Shown here: positions 12,101-21,038 of the stretch, piece after piece
How the letters are laid out: every line of letters starts with the position of its first letter
Numbering within the stretch: the first letter of the stretch is position 1
Assembly (NCBI GenBank): GCA_001179505.1
Contig: CDMY01000672.1
Coordinates: forward strand, 1 to 33,114
Length of the DNA stretch: 33,114 nt
Reading direction: 5' to 3'
Origin: Vitrella brassicaformis CCMP3155
Taxonomy: Eukaryota > Protista > Chromerida
Made by a program: the position numbers and the translations under genes
The notes under the pieces: generated by a model
The model's input: only the letters and a program-made list of their open reading frames with translations
The model's database searches: none
Told to the model about the DNA's origin: nothing

Positions 12101-12737
12101 AGCTGCCGCCCCCAGTCAGCCACGAGCTCCCCGCTGGCCTGCCACGGACGCCCGTCACACCCGCACCCTCCATCGTCTCACGACCAACACGCGTCGAATA
12201 CTTCCAGGCAAGCAAGAACGAAGACCGGCAGCTAAGGCACCCCACAATCTGATCATGTGCTTTGTGTGTTCCTCAGGATTTGGCTCTCAAGTCGGTGGCG
12301 TGTGGGGGCGACCACGTGGTGGCGATAGATGTGACGGGCCAGGCGTACAGCTGGGGCAGCAACGGGTGGGGGCGGCTGGGCCACTCGGCCACCACACGGT
12401 GCCGCGCACCGCCACCGCACTCGAAAGACAAGGCACCGCCCGCCAAGCTGGAGGGGTTCGAGGGCGTTGGCGTCAGAAAGGTCAGCTCAGCCAGCCTCTC
12501 AGATCAGATTGATTTTATAAGATGGGCGCATCCCTGAGCGATGTGTGTCTGTCGATTGGATTGTGTGCAGGTTGCGTGTGGCCCGACGCACACGCTGCTG
12601 CTGACAGGTGTGGGCGGCAACAACCCCCCACAGGCCGGCATATCGAGATATGTGTACCCCAATTATGCGTAGTGGACAGTGGACAGCTGACTGACGCACA
12701 CAGCACAGAGAGAGACCCCGCTAGACACAGAAACTGA
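3187..12737 (+). CDS. Very large multi-exon protein (~2,670 aa): N-terminal MGACMS acylation motif, Clu-domain-like and CLU-central-like regions, helical region, C-terminal 7x RCC1 repeat beta-propeller
   Basis: Phase-consistent exon chain: 3187-3928, 4188-4328, 4400-6905, 6991-7081, 7174-7242, 7311-7521, 7594-8650, 8751-8918, 9011-9487, 9577-9656, 9755-10158, 10248-10565, 10670-11932, 12013-12207, 12277-12480, 12571-12607, and a tentative last exon 12673-12737. Seven RCC1 units are visible (YTFGENSNGELG, YVWGQN, FSWGVNTRGQLG, FVWGAGHGGQLG, WAWGATLTGQCG, FMWGNNDVGQL, YSWGSNGWGRLG, each followed by a VACG-type motif). Some donors have in-phase alternatives (3937, 8671), and the terminal exon is uncertain. 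Confidence 0.7.
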
Positions 12738-12924
12738 GAGAGAGGCAGCCGGCCTTTTGTAATCGATCGGATGGATGGACGGAGGGGCGGATGCGGGCGG
12801 GTGAATGATTAGAGGGGCGGAGGAGTTTAGGAGTGGTGTTGTGTGTTCCGACTACAGGCAGACAAGCAGACAGGGAGGGAGGGAGGGGGTCCGTAGCAGC
12901 GGCCAAGATGGGCATCGTGCACGT

Positions 12925-13020
12925 GAATGTGTGTGTGTGTGCGTTTGTGTGTGTGTGGAGCAATTCGACTCTGTGTGTGTGTGTGTGTGTGTGGTGTTTT
13001 TGCTGCATGTGTGTGTGTGT
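12925..13020 (+). repeat. Interrupted (TG)n microsatellite cluster
   Basis: Three TG runs separated by short unique stretches. Confidence 0.85.
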
Positions 13021-13380
13021 GATTCTGCGTGTTTCCCGTCATTTATTACGTACCTCAATCAATCAATGAGATGAATTGCGTAGGTGCACCGATCGGATCC
13101 ATTCGTCGACCATTGACGTCAGGGAGCTAGCTATACAGAGCGCGACAGACACGCACAGACAGATCCATGCAGCTGCTGCAGCCATCAAGGCACAACACAC
13201 ACATTCAAAAGACAGCGTGCCACGCACTACCTCTGGACACCGCCACACCACTTAGACTTATCATCGCAGGCACCAAAATCGATATGACAACCAACACATG
13301 TATTCGACCCCCCACACGCCGTCCGACCCGCACGCAGCGCGTCCTACGCCCCTGCCAGCGTACGCCCGGTATGCAGACAC

Positions 13381-13412
13381 CCACCACCACCACCACCACC
13401 CCCCCACCACCA
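13381..13412 (+). repeat. (CAC)n trinucleotide microsatellite
   Basis: ccaccaccaccaccaccacc...ccaccac read directly. Confidence 0.85.
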
Positions 13413-13645
13413 CACACATAACTGTTTGGCTGATACAGCACGCAAGGCGCGGCAGAAAAAAAGGTGCGTCCACACTCTGTGCAGGAAAAACGAAAGGAGT
13501 CCTCCAACAGACAGCACGGCCCGGCGTGGGCCGCCCGCCCACGATAGAATGCGTGTTTACAATACACCCACAGACGTGTGAGTACACAGGGGAGAGAGAG
13601 AGGGGGAGAGAGAGACTCCGACCGAGGGATATAACGCAGAGCGAA

Positions 13646-13722
13646 ACACACACACACATACACACACATACACACAGAGACACACACAGACACACACAGA
13701 TACACACAGACACACACACACA
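13646..13722 (+). repeat. Compound (CA)n / CACACACAGA repeat
   Basis: CA runs punctuated by TA or GA at roughly 10-bp spacing. Confidence 0.85.
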
Positions 13723-13928
13723 TCGACGCGGACGGGTGGGTGACACGAATGACTTCCATGTGTGGTGCTCGGCTCGACCACATAGACAGACACGGACCAC
13801 TCCCCTACGTGTCGCATCATTACAATACACGTGGGGCTCGTAGAGGGAAGGCGAGAGTCCTGATACGCCACAAAACGCGACGGGGAGGAGAAACACATCC
13901 CCCCACGCCCCAGGGGGAAAGAGGGATT

Positions 13929-13930
13929 GA

Positions 13931-13965
<35 letters not shown>
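13929..13965 (+). repeat. (GA)n microsatellite
   Basis: GA run with a single interruption. Confidence 0.9.
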
Positions 13966-14357
13966 GCATAGACGTCGACCGAGAGATATCATGCAGAGCC
14001 ACACACCCACTCACAGACAGACAGGCGGCACGGACCAGCGTGGACAGAATGAGTGAGTGAATTACAATACACCAACCACCAAAGACAGGCAAAAGTGTGG
14101 AGAACGAGACTGAGTAGATAGTGGACAAATAGATCGACGATGCTCATGGAATGGATGGATGGATGGATGGGCGGCCCCTGCCGGGCCCCTTTGCCCAATC
14201 AACATTTCGCACAGACCGCCAGCCGACGAGGGAAAAACCGTCAGGCGGCGAACATCCATGTGCGAAACACGTACCTCCCCCCCTCCCACCAGCCATCAAA
14301 AACGATCGGACACACACACACACACACACACACACGAACCATCTAGTACTAAGTGGG

Positions 14358-15632
14358 TCACATGAGCACCACCCACGGCATGTCCCGCCCCACATCAAAC
14401 GAGACGCCGCGCCTCAGGAGCGCCTGAGTGTCCGACCTGCAGCTGCTGCACATCCAGTGGTGCACCGCCACACTCCGATTGCTCACATAAGTCTCCTCGT
14501 CATACTGCGCCGGGGCGAGCATCGCGCACCCCTGCCAAGCCCACGTCTGGTTGGCAAACGACCTCCTCGGCCTCGGCAGAATGTCGTCGAAGGTCCTGAC
14601 GTCGTCCACGCAGTAGCCGGCCATGAATCCGTTGTAGGCGGCATATTCGCCGTACAACACATCGAAGTCAGTCACCATGACGGAGCTCAGCGGAGGCCGT
14701 TTGTCGCATGACGACTCGCGGCCCTCTGCTGCCCGAAAGCTGTCCTCCGTGTCGAGGGCTTTGTGGACGAGAGCGGTCAGCGGTCGGGGGCCGGTGCAGG
14801 CCACGGGGTCCTTTTGACAGGTCTTGGCGGCTGTCGCATTCCCGAGAGCCTGGAGTGTCTGGTTGAGGAACTCGCCGATGAGCGGATGCCGGGGGGTCGC
14901 GGCGATCCATGCGTTGGAGACAAAAGGCCTCGCCTCGTCGTTGAGGTGCTCCAAGAGATAGACCTACGAGACAAGCACACACACATCACAGCCAACCGGG
15001 CGGCCTGGCTGCTTGTGCATGTGACTTACGTGTAGCAGGTGCTCTTCGCCGACGATAAAGTCCTTCCCCTGAGCCTCGGCTTCCTGCAGCAGACCCTCGT
15101 ATGGCCTCAGACACTCGTAGTCCATGTCTTGATAGACGCCGCCATAAATCCACAACACCAGCAAGCGGCCGACGTCCCCGCGAGTGATGCCCCGCAGCCG
15201 ACGCCACCTGGCCGAGAAGCCGGGGAAATGCTCATCCACCAACAGCCGCAGCGACGAGTCTGTGTAGAAGTAGTGCTCCATTGTGGGATTGCGATAATGG
15301 CACGACCGCATCCAGCCCTTGAACATGGTTGGCAGCTCCCGCCTCTTCCACGTCTGGTGGATGATACGAGGGAAGGCTGTCGTGCCGCCACATGCAGCTG
15401 CCGCGCTGGAGTGAGGATCTTCCTCTCTTCGGGTCAGCCTTTCGGCTCGCCAAGCGACAGTAGTCACGCCGTCAGCGCCAACAAAGCCGATGGGTGGCGC
15501 CGCCTCAGGCTGGCGTGCAGGCGGGGCAGATCTGGCGGAAGAGTAGAAGAAGGCGATGAGGGTCAGCGAGATGGCTGATGTGATGACGCAGCCCAGCAGG
15601 AAGCGGAGGAGATTGGGCGGGATCATGCCCAT
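14358..15632 (-). CDS. Glycosyltransferase family 32 (OCH1/SUR1-like, DxD sugar-binding motif), type II membrane protein, copy A (~402 aa)
   Basis: Exons 15632-15030 and 14963-14358; the 66-nt intron runs GTAAGT...CTCGTAG in phase 0. It has an N-terminal hydrophobic anchor (FLLGCVITSAISLTLIAFF), FPRIIHQTWK, and GRLLVLWIYGGVYQDMDYECLRP containing the DxD. An in-frame upstream ATG at 15719 is an alternative start. Confidence 0.85.
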
Positions 15633-15690
15633 CTCGCATTGGCTTCTTCGGGATGCTGGGTCGATGGGAAAAAGAAAGAAAGGAGGGTTG

Positions 15691-15708
15691 CAGGGTTTCC
15701 AAACCCTG
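15691..15708. promoter_or_regulatory. Palindromic telo-box-like element CAGGGTTT-CC-AAACCCTG upstream of GT32 copy A
   Basis: Perfect 8-bp inverted repeat about 60 bp upstream of the ATG at 15632. A matching element lies upstream of copy B. Confidence 0.35.
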
Positions 15709-16234
15709 AAGTTGATCATGGCCACTCAGCAATAGCAGATACTCAAATCACTTTCTCTCTGGATTGTGGTGTGAGTCATTGTGAAATCATCACAAACAAC
15801 AAAGCGAAACGCTTTCAGCCAGCCGGGAGGGACAAGACAGATAAACCACCAAACAAACACTCAAATGACTTGTGTTGTACAGTGCACCAAATGAACATCA
15901 TTCATCGCCTTCTCTCTCAGTGAGTGGCACACAATACACAGACAGAAGTACAAACACACCTACCTACCTGCACAACAAATGGCTACGATCGTCTATCTCC
16001 CACTTGAGCACCGCACCACCCACGGCAGGGACAAGACAAATAAACCAACCGTCAAGCAGACGCTCAAACGCGGTACAAAAACTCTAAAAGCACTTTCTCT
16101 CTAGTGACATACATGCACAAATCTGCCCTACACACAATCACAGACACACACACAAAATTAAACAGACACATAAACGTTCAGACAAATACACATATACCAA
16201 CACACTACTTGAGCAGGATTGATTTCCCTAGTAG

Positions 16235-17545
16235 CTACTTGAGCACCACCCACGGCGCATCACGCCGAACGTCAAAGGAATTGCTCCGCCTCAGCCGCGG
16301 GCTCGATCCGCACCAGCTGCACATCCAGTGGTGCACCGCAACGCTCTGGCTGGCCACATAAATCTGCGAATCGTCTTCGGCCAGAGCCAGCAGGGCACAC
16401 CCCTGCCAAGCCCACCACTCTGTGGCAAAAGGATTTCTCGGCGTCGGCAGAACGGCCTTGAAAGATGCTGGATCGCGCTTGCAGTAGTGAGCCAACTGGT
16501 TGTTCGATGCAGCATATTCGCCATACACCACATCGAAGTCGGTCACCATGACAGACCCCAATGGAGGCCGCTCACATGGCTGGCTCTCGTCCTCCATGTC
16601 CAGGGCTTTGTGGATGAGAGCCGTCAGTTTCTGCGGGCCGGTACAGCCGATAGGATCGCCTTGGCAGTCCCCGTTGGTTGTCGCATTGCCGAGAGTCTGG
16701 ACTGTCTGGTTGAGGAACTCGCCGATGAGCGGATGCCGGGGTGTCGCGGCGATCCATGCGTTGGAGACAAACGGCCTCGCCTCGTCGTCGACGTGCTCCA
16801 GGAGAAACACCTACGAGACAAGCACACACACATCACAGACAGCCGGGCGGCCTGGCTGCTTGTGCATCTGACTTACATGCAGCAGGTGCTCCTCGCCGAC
16901 GATAAAGTCCTTCCCCTGAGCCTCGGCTTCCTGCAGCAGACCCTCGTATGGCCTCAGACATTCGTAGTCCATGTCTTGATAGATGCCGCCATAAATCCAC
17001 AACACCAGCAAGCGGCCAACGTCCGCGAGAGTGATGCCCCGCAGCTCATCCCAAACGGCTGAGAAGCCGGGGAAGTGCTCATCCAACAGTGCTTGCAGCG
17101 ACGCGTGCGTGTAGACGTAGTGCTCCATTGTGGGGTTGTGGTCATGACACGACTGCATCCAGCCCTTGAACATGGTTGGCAGCTCCCGCTCCTTCCATGT
17201 CTGGTGGATAATGCGAGGGAAGACCGGCTCCTCTCTCCGCCTCGCGCTGCCACATGCTGTTGTCCTGGAGGCAATTACCTCCTCTCTTCGGGTCAGCCTC
17301 TCTGCTCGCCAGGAAACACTCACGCCGCCAGCGCCGACGAAAACAGCAGCCGTTGACGATTCCGGTGACGCCGCTTCAGGCTGGACCAGATGTGCAGGCG
17401 GGGCAGATCCGGCGGAAGAGTGGAACAAGGCAAAGAGAATCACTGAGATGGCCGATGTGATGACGCAGCCCAGCCAAAAGCGGGAGGGAACTGGCGGCAG
17501 CGAGAGAGGTGACTTGACTCCCATCTTGGGCTTAGGAGAGCCCAT
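16235..17545 (-). CDS. Glycosyltransferase family 32, tandem paralog, copy B (~414 aa)
   Basis: Exons 17545-16877 and 16810-16235, with a 66-nt phase-0 intron at the same position as in copy A. Same motifs: FWLGCVITSAISVILF anchor, FPRIIHQTWK, YGGIYQDMDYECLRP, SNAWIAATPRHP, AVHHW. Confidence 0.87.
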
Positions 17546-17585
17546 TGCGTTCGTTGAAAGGACTCGAGCTCAGAACGTGAGCTTG

Positions 17586-17602
17586 CAGGGTTTCGAACCC
17601 TG
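17586..17602. promoter_or_regulatory. Palindromic telo-box-like element CAGGGTT-TCG-AACCCTG upstream of GT32 copy B
   Basis: 7-bp inverted repeat about 40 bp upstream of the ATG at 17545. It is conserved with the copy A element while the flanking sequence differs. Confidence 0.35.
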
Positions 17603-17767
17603 ACACCGCGCGGCTCACCCCTCGCGTTTGCAATTCGGCATGGTGTTCATTGTCCACATTCATTCACATTTGGCACGTGAGCACGTGAAAAGCAAAAGAA
17701 ATCGCATCATGCATGTCGACCAAACTGTTCGCATCAGCAGTCTGTCTCAACGAGTTCTGCCGATTGA

Positions 17768-20700
17768 TTATTTCCTGGAGCTCCTTTGCCTCTTGTCCTG
17801 CAGCCACGCACCGGGAATACCATCAATAGAGACGTGTCAAACTGCATACAGCCGTGCACCACTGCAGTGGGACGTGTGTCCTCACCTCTGTTGGCTCCTG
17901 CGTGTTCGCCTGTTCTTCCTCCTGTCTCTTCAGCTCCCGCCGCAGCCCACGCAAGAAGGGCTCATACCGCTCCACCCACAGCTTGTCGAAGCTCTCGACA
18001 GCCTGAACACACAGACATGCGCACAAATCAGCCATATCCGCATGGACGCATCGAATCCTTCCTGTGTGTCTCACCATGTAGGTCTTGTGCTTGTTGAGCC
18101 CTTTCTTGTTGAGTCCCGCGCCGAGAAATGTCGACAGGCCCTGCATGGCCCTCGCCACCAGCTCAAAGAGGGACGTCCGATGGAGTAACAAGACTGTGCC
18201 CCCAACGAGTGGCGCCACACGGGCGACGATCGAGGCCACATACATGAGCAGGAATGCCAACCAGTCGATGACGATTGTGCCGGCCGATAGCAGTAGGAGC
18301 ACAGATGCTGTGGCCACGACTGCCCAAGAGGTCGCAGGCGATCGCCACTTGAGAATCCCTCGGAGGGTTTCGATTTTCAACAGCAGTTTGCGGCTCTTCT
18401 TCTGCAAAAAAAAGAGACATGAGCTTGGATCGACCCGTAGAGACACAGCATTCTCTTACCTGTGCAAGCCTGATGCGGTCCTTGACATGTGACGGTGCTC
18501 CGGCCAGCACGAATGCCAGCCATGGGCCAAGCTCTAGCTCCGTTTCCTGCCCCTCATCAATGTCCTCCTTTTTATTCTCAACTGACACAGCAGAGAAGGG
18601 CGGGTGACAGACATATGTGGTGTGTGGGGGTGCTCATGTCTCCAGCTTACGGTTCTTGGTACTGCTTGGTGAGATGTCCTTCAGCCTATCCGTGACTCCA
18701 GTAAGGACTGCGCCTGGAGTTGCCGCCACCCCCTCTATCGCATCTGCGGCCAGATTGAGGGTGCCGCCTACCACACCGGTCACGGCATCGACTGCACCAG
18801 TCCCGAGACCCACAGCCATGCCGGAAAAACCGCCCCTTTGAAAGCCCTGCACCGGAGACTCAACCAGGGAAGCCACACCACCCAGAGTGGAGGTGGCGAA
18901 GCCTTCCACGCCCGTTAGGAGCGCATCGCCAACATGGGAGAGCTTCTTACGGCGGCGCACTGGCGAAGACGACCCTGAATGGACAGCCAAAAGAGGCGAG
19001 GATGTGATATTACTCTCTTTCGTGTGAAGACGGTCAATGCTGACTTCCGTAGATGAGTGCGCCGGGTGTGTTGGCCAGTCCTCTCAGCGTGCTGCTTGCG
19101 AAGCCTCCCACCCCGCTGAATGTGCCCGTGACGGCCCCTGTGACACCTGATGTAAGGCCGGTGACAGCGCCGAGTGCCCCTCGCTCCGATGCGCCCTCGA
19201 ATGTTTCAGTAAAGATGCCCACAAAGCCGCCAAGTGTCTGCTCGTGAAGGGCCTGGGAGACCACGAAGACAGACAGGCAAATGTGTCAGTAGGGATGAGG
19301 GTTGACCTTAAAGCCGGCGGCAAGGCCTTGGCCGACGTCCGTCGGGTCCAGCTGCTGCGTGGTCTCAAGCTCTTCCATCATGTTGAGGAAACGATCCTGA
19401 AAGGTGGGCACGTCGAGGGGCGGCAGAGGGTGTTTGCGCGTGTGCATCATGAGTGCGATGAAGCAGATGAAGAAGAACGGCAGGATGAGGGCCGGGAAGA
19501 AATAAAGCAGCCAGAAGCCCAGCAGCACAAGCGAGGACACAATGGGGTCCTTCCAGTCGAGCACTGAGTTCGCCCAAACAGCAGCCTACAGCAACGACAC
19601 ACAAAGGAGGAAAGTGCATATATACAAATGTCTCCGTAACCTCCCCTTTGCCGTCTACCTTTTCCAGCATTTCGTCCCAGAGAATGAGCTTCATGCGCAT
19701 CCCATTGGCATACAGCTGGTTGAGGTCATAAACCGGCAGATGCTTGGGCCGGGGTGGCACCGGCAGGCACCCAGCCAAAAGCTCTCCCGTCATCGTGAAC
19801 TTGGCAGTGACTCGCAGACGGATGAAGCCTGCATATAGGAGACATTCCATGGCATTCATCAAAGATGCAGTAAGTGAGCATTCGTCGGCTTGATTGTGTT
19901 GTCGAGAGACCTGCGCCCTGCATCTCGAAGGCCTGTGACGGCAGGATCCGGAACCATCCCTCGACGGTCTGGCCGCTGACCAGGTGCTTGATGGGGAAGA
20001 TGATCTCCCCCAGCAGATCGTCATAGCCGACAACATCGAAGTCATATACCTGTCAAAGACACGGAAGCATCCGTACCGAGCCGATTAATGTGTGCGTCTC
20101 CTTTGTCCACTGACCTCCAGATGCAGCACACTCATGGGATGGTGGACGTGCATGACGAAGCTTTCGTTCCAGACCGGCTCGAGCGTCCTGCTCTGCGTCG
20201 TGCTCGTGCCCACAGAGATCATCGCGCGCTTGAGGGGAGACAGAGACAGGATCTTGGGGTGGGACACAGACGGATCAAGGGGCTTTGACAGCGTCATCTT
20301 CACATACGGATCACTGGCACACGGACACATCGCCATCCATGCCCATCAGTGTCCATCATCTTGGGCCATTCGTTCCCACCTGAATCCATTTGTGTCGGCT
20401 GCAGGCAGCCCCTTGGCCTCCAGCACGGTGATGGTGAACTCACAGTACCCCTGCCTCTTGAGCGCCTCTGCCGGATTCGTCAGGCACAGCCACGGGTCAA
20501 ACGGTGCTGGGCCCTTCAAAGCAGCAAGGTCCGTCTTGAGTGTTGGTTCAGGCAGCACACGTGTAGGCGGACTCGTCGACTTCTCGAATGCACTCGGCGC
20601 CGACTCCTTTGCCCGCATCGACAAGCCACGTGAAAGGCCCAACATTCCCGTCTTCCTGGTGTCCTCCGTGGCTGAAGACGGGCTGGGGCTGGCGCTTGCC

Positions 20701-20882
20701 GCATGTGTGGCCTCATCCTCTTTTTTCCTTTTGTCAGTCGCTGAGGCTGATGGAGCGACAGCATCGCTCGTCTCCTTCGGACGAGATGGTGTGGCCTCCC
20801 CAGGGATGACGCGAGGGGGCTCCTGCCCAGAGAGGGCCTGCTCAGGAGGCCGGTGCCGGCCGAGGCAACACGAACACAGCAT
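17768..20882 (-). CDS. MCTP-like protein: Ca2+-binding-type C2 domain, transmembrane region, duplicated Gly-rich amphipathic insert, PRT_C-like C-terminal membrane region (~805 aa, 11 exons)
   Basis: Exons 20882-20380, 20313-20115, 20049-19911, 19828-19659, 19585-19307, 19252-19045, 18974-18651, 18581-18460, 18401-18075, 18002-17886 and 17797-17768 sum to 2418 nt with consistent phases. C2 motifs: TVLEAKGLPAADTNGFSDPYVK, TLEPVWNESF, VYDFDVVGYDDLLGE. MCTP-type segments: LDWKDPIVSSLVLL and LRGILKWRSPATSW followed by hydrophobic helices. Confidence 0.8.
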
Positions 20883-21038
20883 TCTCTTCCGCTGCCGGGC
20901 TGCCCGGCCCCCAGACAACAATAGTATGAAACAATAGTAGCCCCGCGCTGTGCCTAACATCACCATCAGAAATGGTCTAAGCAGAACACAAGACAACCAA
21001 CAACAGCCTCACCAGAAGATAGTACGTCGCAGGGAGGG
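20883..21038. promoter_or_regulatory. Candidate compact bidirectional promoter between the MCTP-like and GH16-like genes
   Basis: Only 156 bp separate the two divergent ATGs (20882 on the minus strand, 21039 on the plus strand). Confidence 0.4.

Noticed and set aside
13205-14010. ORFs rich in CVCV / HTHT / RERE
   Set aside because: These are translations of dinucleotide microsatellites, not proteins.
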